Source of the DNA: an uncultured Chlamydiae bacterium
GTDB taxonomy: Bacteria; Chlamydiota; Chlamydiia; Chlamydiales; JAJFMA01
Length of the DNA: 64,000 bases
Assembly (NCBI GenBank): GCA_963713615.1
Contig: CAVQMM010000001.1
Coordinates: forward strand, 3,200,001 to 3,264,000
Direction of reading: 5' to 3'
Of the stretch, positions 29,907 through 39,642 are shown one piece after another; the first letter of the stretch is position 1; every line of letters begins with the position of its first letter. A model generated the notes under the pieces. The model did no database searches, had not been told where the DNA came from, and worked only from the letters and a program-made list of their open reading frames with translations. Made by a program: the position numbers and the translations under genes.

Positions 29907-30068
29907 AGGCCTTGTTCGACTTTTCGCGCAGTTTTCGGTCGGCTGCGAGGCGCCCATCTGCAGCATTCGCCTCCTCGGCAATAGCTAGCGCTATTCCCTC
30001 GTCGTCGACTGCTGCATCTGGGACCTCTCGCCTGACCGAAATTCTGCCCGGAAAGCCGAACAAGGCCT
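29907..30068. mobile_element. 162-bp hairpin MITE, subfamily A (opposite orientation to 11357)
   Basis: aggccttgttcg...cgaacaaggcct; 6-bp duplication ATGGAA (29901-29906 / 30069-30074). Confidence 0.85.
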
Positions 30069-30121
30069 ATGGAAAGATGTTATATTTCTAGCAGGTGATT
30101 TGAAGCAAACGGCAAAAAAAC

Positions 30122-31237
30122 ATGATAAATGGGATACGCCTGATATGCAGGATAAAGGAAAAGAGAGCCAAATTCCAAATTTATGACCTATTGTGGTATA
30201 AAGTGCAGCACATGGAACAACCAGCAATCGGGCATTCACATATGGCGCCTCAACCTATTCCTAACATGTTTCTTTGGCGACGGCTTCACTCCCTTGCAGG
30301 GGTGTGGCTGGTCCTGTTCCTTATTCTGCATCTCTTGACCAATTCGCAGGCGGCATTGTTTGTAGGGGATGACGGCCAAGGCTTCATCGAGGGGGCCGAC
30401 TCTCTTGAACACATCCCATACGTTCGTGCTGTCGAAGTGCTCCTCCTTGCGGTGCCATTTGCCATTCATATTCTCTTTGGCCTTCATAGGTTGTTTATGG
30501 CGGAATCCAACTCCTTTCCTACCGATGGCAGCAAGCCAGCCTTGCCCCAATACCCTCGCAACCGCGCGTTTACCTGGATGCGTTGGACCTCCTGGCTTCT
30601 CCTGCTCGGGGTTATCCTTCACGTTGTCCATATGCGGTTTATTGACTATCCCTGGAACGTCGAAAAAGATGGGCAGAAATATTATCTGGCTATTTTGGGG
30701 GTCGATTCCGGTCTCTATACAGTGTCGGAGCGTCTTCATGTTACACTCTACGATGCTAAGCACATTGCCGAACTCTCTAAGGACAATCCGAAGCTCCCAC
30801 CGATCTCTAAGAGCAAGTCAGAGGTGAGCTTCTTTCACGGTCCTAAAGATGAGACCTTCGACGAGGCCAAACTTAAGCAGCTTCAGCTTTTACAGGATCA
30901 ACGCGACCAGCAGCATTGGGTAGAGGCTTTACAACGTCATCCTGTGGATGATCATCATGTCATCGCCGTGGCTAAAAATTTCGGATCTGCCTCACTGCTG
31001 ATCTTGCGCGACACCTTTAAGTCCCCTCTCATGGTGGTGTTGTATAGTATCTTCGTATTAGTTACCTGTTATCATGCCTTTAATGGTCTATGGACCTCTC
31101 TGATCACATGGGGAATAACCCTAACGGCGAGATCGCAGCGCCTGGCTTTTTACTTATCCACAGCCCTGATGTTCCTAGTGGCTTTCCTTGGGCTCGCAGC
31201 AGCCATAGGCACCTACTGGGTTAACCTGAGAAGTTAG
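30122..31237 (+). CDS. sdhC: Succinate dehydrogenase cytochrome b558 subunit
   Basis: RRLHSLAG, FLILHLLTNS, CYHAFNGLW..LITWG; directly upstream of sdhAB; true start probably ~30211. Confidence 0.9.
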   Translation: MINGIRLICRIKEKRAKFQIYDLLWYKVQHMEQPAIGHSHMAPQPIPNMFLWRRLHSLAGVWLVLFLILHLLTNSQAALFVGDDGQGFIEGADSLEHIPYVRAVEVLLLAVPFAIHILFGLHRLFMAESNSFPTDGSKPALPQYPRNRAFTWMRWTSWLLLLGVILHVVHMRFIDYPWNVEKDGQKYYLAILGVDSGLYTVSERLHVTLYDAKHIAELSKDNPKLPPISKSKSEVSFFHGPKDETFDEAKLKQLQLLQDQRDQQHWVEALQRHPVDDHHVIAVAKNFGSASLLILRDTFKSPLMVVLYSIFVLVTCYHAFNGLWTSLITWGITLTARSQRLAFYLSTALMFLVAFLGLAAAIGTYWVNLRS

Positions 31238-31241
31238 CAAT

Positions 31242-33125
31242 ATGACAACGGAAAAAGAAGTTATCGTAGTGGGCGGAGGCTTGGCAGGGCTTTCAACGGC
31301 CCTCAAGCTGGCCGAAAAGGACTGTCATGTAAAAATTGTCTCCGTCACAGCATGTAAGCGTTCCCACTCCGTCTGCGCCCAAGGCGGTATTAACGCGGCT
31401 ATGAACCTGATGGGCGAGGATGACTCCCCGATTCTCCATGCCTACGACACCATCAAAGGCGGAGATTTTCTGGCCAACCAGCCCGCTGTATTGGAGATGT
31501 GTTTGGCCGCGCCTGCGATCATACATATGCTGGATCGCTTTGGTTGTCCTTTTAATCGAACTCCAGAGGGCAACCTCGACTTCCGACGTTTCGGTGGCAC
31601 TCTCTACAACCGCACAGCCTTCTGTGGAGCCTCCACTGGCCAGCAGCTTCTCTATGCGCTCGATGAGCAGGTTCGCAGGCATGAAGTACGCGGTAGGGTT
31701 GAAAAATATGAGGGCTGGGAGTTCATGCGCTTGGTCATCGATGATGAAGGCCACGCTAGAGGCATTGTCGTCATGAATCTCTTTAACCTCAAACTTGAGG
31801 TGCTCAAAGCCGATGCTGTCGTCGTCTGTACCGGAGGGCCTGGGTTAATCTTTAAGAAGTCCACCAATTCCACATTCTGCACAGGAGCGGCTAATGGACG
31901 TCTCTATATGCAGGGGATGAAGTATGCCAATGGCGAATTTATTCAAATCCATCCCACAGCAATTCCTGGTCCCGATAAACTGCGTCTCATCTCAGAGTCA
32001 TTGAGAGGAGAAGGAGGGCGTATCTGGGTCTATGGCGATGCCTCCAAGACGATCACCACTCCAGATGGTAAGACGATCCCCTGCGGGAAAACAGGCGAGC
32101 CCTGGTACTTCCTGGAGGAGCTCTATCCCTCTTTTGGCAACCTTGTCCCTCGCGATATTGGCGCGCGCGAGATTTTGCGCGTTTGCCGCCTGGGCCTGGG
32201 TGTTAATGGTGAGATGCAGGTTTACTTGGATGTTTCACAGCTACCCGAAAAGCGTCTTAAGAAGGTTGACTCCGTCTTAGATATCTATCAGAAATTCACC
32301 GGGGATGATCCGCGCAAGGTTTCTATGCAGATCTTCCCTGCCGTCCATTACTCGATGGGCGGAGCGTGGGTTGACTGGCCGGCTATTGACGATCCAGACC
32401 GCTGGGATCGCTATCGCCAAATGACAAATATCCCTGGATGTTTCAATGCCGGGGAATCCGACTACCAGTATCATGGAGCTAACCGTCTCGGCGCTAACTC
32501 CCTCTTGTCCTGCATCTTTGCAGGCTTGGTGGCCGGTCTGGAGGTGCCTCGTTACCTGAAGACCCTCAAAAAGAGCTATCATGAGATCCCCTCAGCGCCT
32601 TTTGAACGCGCATTACGTGCTGAAGAGGATCTAAAGCGTGACCTGATGGGTCGTCAGGGACCAGAAAACGTGCATAAGCTGCATGATGAACTAGCATGCT
32701 TGCTCGTGCACAACTGCACCACCGAGCGCAATAATGAAGATCTGCGTAAGACCTTCGAAGCAATTAAGACCTTACGAGAGCGTTATCAGCGCATTTCCCT
32801 CGATGACCGCACGCAGTTTGCCAATCAGACCTATATCTTCGCCAACCAGTTTAGGGCGATGCTGGAATTGGCCCTGGTTATTGTTAAGGGTGCTTTATTA
32901 CGTGACGAATTCCGAGGGTCTCATTATAAACCCCAATTTCCCAAGCGCGATGATGAGAATTGGCTAAAGACGACGATCGCTACTTACGGTCTGGATGAGC
33001 CCATCATTACTTATGAACCTGTAGATATTCGTCATTTGGATCCGGTGCAACGCGATTACAGCACAGCTACCAAGAAGCAGTATAAGTTGAAAAACGTTCC
33101 GGCAGACATTCCATTGCCATTTTAG
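31242..33125 (+). CDS. sdhA: Succinate dehydrogenase flavoprotein subunit
   Basis: VVGGGLAGL, RSHSVCAQGGIN, HYSMGG, HGANRLGANSLL. Confidence 0.97.
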   Translation: MTTEKEVIVVGGGLAGLSTALKLAEKDCHVKIVSVTACKRSHSVCAQGGINAAMNLMGEDDSPILHAYDTIKGGDFLANQPAVLEMCLAAPAIIHMLDRFGCPFNRTPEGNLDFRRFGGTLYNRTAFCGASTGQQLLYALDEQVRRHEVRGRVEKYEGWEFMRLVIDDEGHARGIVVMNLFNLKLEVLKADAVVVCTGGPGLIFKKSTNSTFCTGAANGRLYMQGMKYANGEFIQIHPTAIPGPDKLRLISESLRGEGGRIWVYGDASKTITTPDGKTIPCGKTGEPWYFLEELYPSFGNLVPRDIGAREILRVCRLGLGVNGEMQVYLDVSQLPEKRLKKVDSVLDIYQKFTGDDPRKVSMQIFPAVHYSMGGAWVDWPAIDDPDRWDRYRQMTNIPGCFNAGESDYQYHGANRLGANSLLSCIFAGLVAGLEVPRYLKTLKKSYHEIPSAPFERALRAEEDLKRDLMGRQGPENVHKLHDELACLLVHNCTTERNNEDLRKTFEAIKTLRERYQRISLDDRTQFANQTYIFANQFRAMLELALVIVKGALLRDEFRGSHYKPQFPKRDDENWLKTTIATYGLDEPIITYEPVDIRHLDPVQRDYSTATKKQYKLKNVPADIPLPF

Positions 33126-33135
33126 GACGACGGTT

Positions 33136-33906
33136 ATGGCTACTAAGTACACGTTGAAGATCTGGCGAGGCAATCCTGGCAAGCAATATTGGGAGGAGTT
33201 TGAGCTAGAGCTCGTTCCCATGGCCAATATCATCTCGTCGCTGATGCACATCCAGAAGCACCCATTCACCAAGACAGGTGAAAAGGTCACTCCCGTGGTA
33301 TGGGAACAGGGCTGCCTGGAGGAAGTGTGTGGCTCATGTTCTATGCTGATCAATGGCACGCCGCGTCAGGCCTGTACCGCTCTGATAGCTCCAATCCTTG
33401 AGAATACCGGCAACAGTACCATCACGGTGGCGCCACTGACGAAGTTCCCCTTAGTCCGAGATCTCATCGTCGACCGCAGCAGCATGTTCGAAAGCCTCAA
33501 ACGTGTCTCAGCTTGGATTGAAGCTGATGGAGCTTTTGACCGCGGTCCAGGACCAAAGATCAGTCAGCAAAAACAAGAAATACGGTATGTCCTTTCGACT
33601 TGCATGACCTGTGGGTGCTGCTCAGAGTCCTGTCCACAGGTCAATAAGCACACCAAATTTGTGGGACCAGCAACCATCTCCCAGGTGCGCCTCTTTAACT
33701 CACATCCCACGGGACATATGCAAGCAGCTAAGCGCCTCAGGCCTTTGATGGAGTCCGGAGGTATCAGCGACTGCGGCAATGCGCAGAATTGTGTGCGGGT
33801 GTGTCCCAAGAAAATTCCACTCACCGACGCTATAGCATCTATCGGACGCGATACCACGCTGCAAGCCTTTAGAGACCTGTTTAGCTTCCCCGACCGAGAA
33901 CCATAG
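33136..33906 (+). CDS. sdhB: Succinate dehydrogenase iron-sulfur subunit
   Basis: CLEEVCGSC, CMTCGCCSESCP, CGNAQNCVRVCPK. Confidence 0.97.
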   Translation: MATKYTLKIWRGNPGKQYWEEFELELVPMANIISSLMHIQKHPFTKTGEKVTPVVWEQGCLEEVCGSCSMLINGTPRQACTALIAPILENTGNSTITVAPLTKFPLVRDLIVDRSSMFESLKRVSAWIEADGAFDRGPGPKISQQKQEIRYVLSTCMTCGCCSESCPQVNKHTKFVGPATISQVRLFNSHPTGHMQAAKRLRPLMESGGISDCGNAQNCVRVCPKKIPLTDAIASIGRDTTLQAFRDLFSFPDREP

Positions 33907-34237
33907 CCACGGATTTAGGATTTAGGAGTAACACGGATGCACACGGATCTAGGAGGATTTAGGATTTAGGAGTAACACGGATGCACACGGATCTAGGAGG
34001 ATTTAGGATTTAGGAGTAACACGGATGCACACGGATCTAGGAGGATTTAGGAGGATCGGATGGCAGTTGCGGTCTATCCATCACACGGATCTAGGAGGAT
34101 TTAGGATGAAATGGAATTGATTTTATGTTGATCCATCATCCTAAAATCACTTTTATCGTTTTAGAATGATGGACTGGTTTTTTCCATCCGATCCTCCTAA
34201 ATCCTCCTAAATCCGTGTGCATCCGTGTTACTCCTAA
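33907..34237. repeat. ACACGGATGCACACGGAT family tandem and inverted cluster
   Basis: Three ~44-bp tandem units right after the sdhB stop; inverted copy at ~34185-34237. Confidence 0.85.
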
Positions 34238-34335
34238 AAAGCCACACAAACCATAGCTTCTGATGTGGCGCTTCTATTTTTTTCCGGTTTGGCTCATGAT
34301 AGGGGATTAGTGTCTTCACGGAATAAATATACCCT

Positions 34336-35925
34336 ATGTCCCAGCCCGATCCTTATCAGCTCGTTGATTTTCCTTCCGCCGCAGCCTCACCCAACTACCG
34401 ACTATCCTTGCTCTGCCTGTTGTTGATCAAAGCAGCCTTGATGGTCTACGTCATCATCTTCTCAGGCATTGGCCTGGGACCTGATGAAGCCCAATATTGG
34501 ACCTGGAGCCAACACCTCGATTGGGCCTATTACAGTAAGCCGCCGGGTATTGCCTGGGAAATTTTCCTTGGAACCTACTTGTTTGGCAGCACGGAGATTG
34601 GTGTTCGCTTCGGAGCCCTTGGAATAGGTTTTCTGCTCCCTTGGGCTACCTATTACCTTGCCAAGAGCTGTGGCTTGCGCAGTGCAACAGCCTTCTGGGC
34701 CGGTACAATCATGGCAGCATCTCCCTTGGGAATCCTAGCTTCCCTATTTGCTACCACTGACGGTGGATTTGTTTTGTTCTGGACCGTAGGTCTGGCGATA
34801 GCCATGTCCGGGGTAAGACGCCAAACTTCGCCGAACTACGTCTTGATCGGACTATGCATCCTGTGCGGAGGCCTATTTAAATGGACCACTTTTACCCTAT
34901 GGGGTGTCATTGCCGCCATCGCATACTTTTTGCCTCATTGGCGCAATTGGAAGCTCATTCCGGGAGTGATCATCTCACTTCTGGCATTCATTCCTAGCAT
35001 CATCTGGAATTCGACGCATCAATGGGCAACCTTTCGGCATGTTTGGTCCACGAATATCGTGGGGCAGAAGACTTCGCTGATTCCCTTTAGCGGCAATTTG
35101 TTCGACTTCCTTGGCGCTCAGGTAGGCCTTTTCTCACCGATCTTTGCCGTCTTGCTGGTCCTCGCCTACATCACTATTTGGAAACAAAAAGCCAAAGTCC
35201 CTCTTCCAATCGCTTTTTGCGGTTACATCAGCGCTACCATCTTTCTGGTCTATCTTTTCTTGAGCCTATTCAAGAAAATGCAAGGCAACTGGTGTGTCTA
35301 CGCTTATGCACCAGCAATGGTGACGGTCTGCTGGTATGCTTGCGACTGGTTGTTATCTGGCAAGCCGTGGCTGTTCGCCGGGACATTGCTCAGCGCTTTT
35401 TTTACCGCTGTGACCCTCTGTATACCAAATATTCAAGCTAACAACAATGGTGGTACCTTCGCGTTGCCTTATAGCATGAATCCTTTTCAGCATAATCTAG
35501 GATGGAAACGCCTGGAGAAAGAGCTGCGGGTATCTAACTTTGATCCCGATCAAGATTTTCTCTTCGGCAGCCGATATCAGACTACCAGCATTCTAAGCTT
35601 TTACAATGAAGAACAAAAGCGCGCTTACTTCTTCAATGTGGATCAGAACCGCAAAAATCAGTTTTCCTACTGGCCCGGGATGGAGGAGGAACAAATAGGA
35701 CACACCGGTTTCTTTGTAGAGGTAGAAAACGGCAAACAGGTTGATGAGCCGCTAGGACCAAAGGTCCGCCGTGTTAAAACTATGCTACGACCCTACTTCC
35801 GTCAGGTTCAGTTTCTTGGACGTCGCCCCCTCTTCACTGCAAATGACAAAATCGTCAAAAACGCGTTGATCTTCCAATGCTTCGAATATAATGGTTCAGC
35901 CCCTGAAGACTCCCAAAAATACTGA
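34336..35925 (+). CDS. GT-C fold glycosyltransferase (ArnT/PMT, family 39/83-like)
   Basis: LGPDEAQYWTWSQHLDWAYYSKPP, multiple TMs, soluble C-terminal domain. Confidence 0.85.
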   Translation: MSQPDPYQLVDFPSAAASPNYRLSLLCLLLIKAALMVYVIIFSGIGLGPDEAQYWTWSQHLDWAYYSKPPGIAWEIFLGTYLFGSTEIGVRFGALGIGFLLPWATYYLAKSCGLRSATAFWAGTIMAASPLGILASLFATTDGGFVLFWTVGLAIAMSGVRRQTSPNYVLIGLCILCGGLFKWTTFTLWGVIAAIAYFLPHWRNWKLIPGVIISLLAFIPSIIWNSTHQWATFRHVWSTNIVGQKTSLIPFSGNLFDFLGAQVGLFSPIFAVLLVLAYITIWKQKAKVPLPIAFCGYISATIFLVYLFLSLFKKMQGNWCVYAYAPAMVTVCWYACDWLLSGKPWLFAGTLLSAFFTAVTLCIPNIQANNNGGTFALPYSMNPFQHNLGWKRLEKELRVSNFDPDQDFLFGSRYQTTSILSFYNEEQKRAYFFNVDQNRKNQFSYWPGMEEEQIGHTGFFVEVENGKQVDEPLGPKVRRVKTMLRPYFRQVQFLGRRPLFTANDKIVKNALIFQCFEYNGSAPEDSQKY

Positions 35926-36190
35926 CACGGATTTAGGAGTAACACGGATGCACACGGATCTAGGAGGATAGGATTTGTTGGTTGGGTGCACTTCTCACCT
36001 GAAACCATTTTTAGAGTCTGTTATCTTAAAAACCAAATTTTATTGTTTTAGATTGACGAACCGTATTTGCCATCCAATCCTCCTAGATCCTCCTAGATCC
36101 GTGTGCATCCGTGTTAATCCTAAAAAGCTGAACGAACCGTATTTGCCATCCTATCCTCCTAGATCCGTGCTGTGTTGCTTTAGATCCGTG
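35926..36190. repeat. ACACGGATGCACACGGAT family inverted cluster
   Basis: Forward unit 35926-35970; inverted units ~36072-36190. Confidence 0.85.
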
Positions 36191-36224
36191 GCTCAAAAAT
36201 AGAGCTTCTGCTATAGTCAGATTA

Positions 36225-36404
36225 GCTGTCGATAGGGCATCCCTGATTGGATGATACGCTCGTCAACGATATATTTTGTTTAAGGGATCATGACGTCAGC
36301 GCATGAGGCTTTTCGCGGTATATCCCTGAAGAACTCAGCTCTGGGAAGTGAACCCACCTTTACAAGCCTGTTGAAGGCGCCCCTTTCAGACCCCTAACGA
36401 CAGC
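36225..36404 (+). ncRNA. ssrS: Probable 6S RNA
   Basis: 180 nt. Ends pair (gctgtcg/cgacagc, taggg/cccta, ctga/tcag, tcaac/gttga) around a central bubble (cgatatatttt / gaacccacctttac). TATAGT -10-like box at 36212-36217. Confidence 0.6.
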
Positions 36405-36408
36405 CCTT

Positions 36409-37128
36409 CTATTGTGGTATAATCGCCGTAGCCTGACGATGTGGACGTGCCATTATCTCATCAAAGTTTGTTGGGTCCGCGTCAATCACATGAAAATAGT
36501 GTGCCAATTGCTGTGGAATGCTGTTTAGAAAGCTTTGGGGACAAGGTAAATGGTCGCGAAGGCGGCAGAGGAACATTTCGTGAGGCCTCTCTCCGCGATA
36601 CCCCGGCCGGCGGCTAGGCATCAACAAGTAGTTCATCTGATCCATATCGTAGTCCCACAACAACGTGCTGTGATGCAACCAGCGATCCTTGCGCAAGTAC
36701 TGAGCATTGCCACCAAATTTGTGATCGCCTAGCACATAGTCATTTTCGCGCAAACAAAACAACCCTTCAGGCAGCAATGGAGCATAGAGCTGCTCCGTCC
36801 AACGCATAATGGGCTCAGGATAACAGGGCGAAATCGGCAGGGCGTCATGCCGACAGATAAACGTGACGAAAAGCGTATTTGCATCCACCATCACCGTGCC
36901 ACCGCCACTGAAGCGACGCACCACTGGGATAGGACTCTTCTGCAGAAGCGCAAGGTTGAGGAGCTCCTCGCTTTTGCCGGAGATGCCCATCACAATTGCC
37001 TTTGGAGATCCATGATTTAGGATGCACCAATTGCCATCGTCTGCGCGAATAAGAGCCTCTTCAAGACGCAACTGCTCCCAAATGGGGTAGCTCTGCAGGT
37101 AAATACATCTAATTTCAGGCCTACTCAT
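36409..37128 (-). CDS. lplA: Lipoate-protein ligase family protein
   Basis: QLRLEEALIR, VVRRFSGGGTV, ENDYVLGDHKFGGNAQ, HHSTLL. Confidence 0.85.
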   Translation of the reverse strand: MSRPEIRCIYLQSYPIWEQLRLEEALIRADDGNWCILNHGSPKAIVMGISGKSEELLNLALLQKSPIPVVRRFSGGGTVMVDANTLFVTFICRHDALPISPCYPEPIMRWTEQLYAPLLPEGLFCLRENDYVLGDHKFGGNAQYLRKDRWLHHSTLLWDYDMDQMNYLLMPSRRPGYRGERPHEMFLCRLRDHLPCPQSFLNSIPQQLAHYFHVIDADPTNFDEIMARPHRQATAIIPQ

Positions 37129-37135
37129 AAATTTA

Positions 37136-38980
37136 CTATGAGGGCAAATCCGATTTTTTTGTGAGTGTGATCATCAAAATAGAGAGATCTGCCGGCGATA
37201 CCCCCGAGATGCGAGAGGCTTGTCCCAGGTTTTCAGGATGATGATGAGACAGCTTCTGCCTCGCCTCCGCTCGTAGTCCGATCACTGAACTGAAGTCAAA
37301 CCCCTTAGGAATCGTGACCTTTTCGATGTGGCGCAGCTTATTCACTTCTAGTTGCTGCCGTTCCACATATCCAGAATACTTTAGGTTGAGTTCTAGCTGG
37401 AAGTTGACGTCTGAACCATGGTCCAGCACAGCCTCGGGGAAATCACCCTTCAGTGACTCATAGCTATTTTCGGGTCGGCACAACAGCTGGGCTAAGCTGT
37501 AACCGCGCCCATCGACCTGACGGAAGGTCGTCTGCAGACGCCTGGTTTCCTCGGCGATGAGCTGACGCTTAGCCTCTAAGGCAGCGTAGCGTGTGCTGTC
37601 GACGATGCCTAGTTCATAGCCATAGTGTCTTAGACGCAGGTCAGCATTGTCCTGACGCAGCAGTAAGCGGTATTCTGCACGGCTGGTGAACATGCGATAG
37701 GGCTCGTCGAGACCCTTGGTGACCAGATCGTCGATCATCACACCAATGTAAGCCTCAGAGCGGCTTAAAACGAGTGCAGGTTTGCCTAACACCTTGTTGG
37801 CAGCGTTGATGCCTGCCATCAAGCCCTGTGCAGCAGCCTCTTCGTAGCCTGTAGTCCCATTGATCTGACCCGCGAAGAACAAACCTTCGACAGCCTTCGC
37901 CTCCAAAGATGCCTGAATCTGACCGCTGATCAAATAGTCATACTCGATAGCATAAGCTGCGCGCATGATTTCCGCATTGCGCAACGCAGGAATACTTCTC
38001 AAAAACTGATATTGAACATCTAGCGGTAGTGAAGAGGATATGCCGTTGGTGTAAATCTCATCCGTTTGCAACCCTTCAGGTTCTAGGAAAATCTGGTGAC
38101 GCTCTTTATCGGCAAAACGGACCACTTTATCTTCAATCGATGGACAGTAGCGCGGTCCGATGCTTTGAATCCTTCCTGAATACATCGGCGATCGATGAAT
38201 ATTTTCTAGGATGATCCTCTTAGTCTCTTCGGTCGTATAGGTAATATGGCACGACACCTGAGGCATACGAGCGCCTTCCGGAGCATCATAACTAAAGCGG
38301 ACGTCATCATCGCCAGGCTGTTCTTCGGTTAAAGACCAGTCGATCGAGCGACGGTGAATGCGTGGGGGAGTGCCCGTTTTGAGGCGACCCAGTTTGAACT
38401 CGTAGTTGCTAAGGCTTTCCGACAACGCCACAGAAGGCATGCATCCCGCACGGCCACCGGAAAAATTGGTCTCGCCGATATGCAACAAGCCACGCAGGAA
38501 GGTGCCCGAGCTAATGATCAAGCATTGTGTCTCATATTGCACACCTTCTTTGGTGATGACGTGGGCAATGCGACCATTCTCCACGCGTAGATCATCTAAG
38601 GTCCCCTGCATCAGAAAGAGGTTTGGAGTAAGCTCCAGGCGGCGCTTCATCTCGGCGGCGTAGGCAGCTTTGTCGGCTTGAGCCCGCGGAGCCCACACAG
38701 CAGGGCCTTTGGAACGATTTAGCATGCGGAACTGGATTCCTGTCGCTTCGATGACCTTGCCCATCTCGCCGCCAAGAGCATCGATTTCACGAACCAACTG
38801 CCCTTTGGCCGTACCCCCAACAGCGGGGTTGCAGCTCATCTTGGCGATGGTATCGAGATTCATCGTTAAAACAAGCGTTTTGGCGCCCATACGTGCCGAT
38901 GCTAAGGCAGCTTCACAACCAGCGTGGCCGGCGCCCATCACGATGACATCAAACTTTTCAGGATATTTCCACATAGTCAC
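37136..38980 (-). CDS. mnmG: tRNA uridine 5-carboxymethylaminomethyl modification enzyme
   Basis: GAGHAGCEAA, MSCNPAVGG, GPRYCPSIEDK, AGQINGTTGYEEAAAQG. Confidence 0.97.
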   Translation of the reverse strand: MTMWKYPEKFDVIVMGAGHAGCEAALASARMGAKTLVLTMNLDTIAKMSCNPAVGGTAKGQLVREIDALGGEMGKVIEATGIQFRMLNRSKGPAVWAPRAQADKAAYAAEMKRRLELTPNLFLMQGTLDDLRVENGRIAHVITKEGVQYETQCLIISSGTFLRGLLHIGETNFSGGRAGCMPSVALSESLSNYEFKLGRLKTGTPPRIHRRSIDWSLTEEQPGDDDVRFSYDAPEGARMPQVSCHITYTTEETKRIILENIHRSPMYSGRIQSIGPRYCPSIEDKVVRFADKERHQIFLEPEGLQTDEIYTNGISSSLPLDVQYQFLRSIPALRNAEIMRAAYAIEYDYLISGQIQASLEAKAVEGLFFAGQINGTTGYEEAAAQGLMAGINAANKVLGKPALVLSRSEAYIGVMIDDLVTKGLDEPYRMFTSRAEYRLLLRQDNADLRLRHYGYELGIVDSTRYAALEAKRQLIAEETRRLQTTFRQVDGRGYSLAQLLCRPENSYESLKGDFPEAVLDHGSDVNFQLELNLKYSGYVERQQLEVNKLRHIEKVTIPKGFDFSSVIGLRAEARQKLSHHHPENLGQASRISGVSPADLSILMITLTKKSDLPS

Positions 38981-39065
38981 TTATGAACGGTACATTGCAT
39001 TAAACCTGCGGCAACCCGCTGTACCAGCTCCAGTGCCAGGACGAATGAAAAAGAAAGGATAACTT

Positions 39066-39101
39066 AGGAACTACGCAAAGGATAACCTTTGCGCAGTTCT
39101 T
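39066..39101 (-). terminator. Hairpin downstream of the small basic ORF
   Basis: aggaactacgcaaagg-ataa-cctttgcgcagttctt. Confidence 0.5.
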
Positions 39102-39106
39102 ATGCA

Positions 39107-39196
39107 CTACCTTGTCTTATGACGATCACGGCGGCTGCGTTTTTTACGCTTGTGCTTTGCAATTTTCTTGCGTCTCTTCTTCTTAACAGAAGACAT
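39107..39196 (-). CDS. 29-aa basic protein, AURKAIP1/COX24 (bS22-like) family; below the ORF-track cutoff
   Basis: MSSVKKKRRKKIAKHKRKKRSRRDRHKTR, with AAGGGAG RBS. Confidence 0.85.
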   Translation of the reverse strand: MSSVKKKRRKKIAKHKRKKRSRRDRHKTR

Positions 39197-39316
39197 AAAT
39201 TCTCCCTTGCAGCGCGTGCATCAACGCACGCCTCGGTACAATAGTTGGCATCTAGTAAGGCACCAAGTGTAGCGATTCCTCGAAAATAAGTAAAGAGGAG
39301 AGAGAGGAACTCGGAA

Positions 39317-39638
39317 TTTTTACCACAGAGAACACCGAGACGCCGAGATAGGAGAGAGAGGAAAAAAAGGTTTTTAGCAACAACACGAGGCTTTGTCCAT
39401 GCTGTGTAAGTCCAATCAGTCCAGTTCGTCCATTAATGTCCATTCAGATTTAGGAGTAACACGGATGCACACGGATCTAGGAGGATTTAGGAGGATAGGA
39501 TGGGAATGTGGTTCGTTCATTTAAAACAATAAAAATGGTTTTAGGCGCGAAGTGAATGATTTTTGCAGTCCAATCCTTTTTTCCAAATCCTAATCCTCCT
39601 AAATCCTCCTAGATCCGTGTGCATCCGTGTTACTCCTA
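39317..39638. repeat. Mosaic of three repeat families (ACCACAGAG half, GTCCA units, ACACGGAT inverted pair)
   Basis: 39317-39362 matches 28515; 39392-39445 is gtcca periodic units; 39447-39500 and ~39590-39638 form an inverted pair. Confidence 0.8.
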
Positions 39639-39642
39639 GCTC

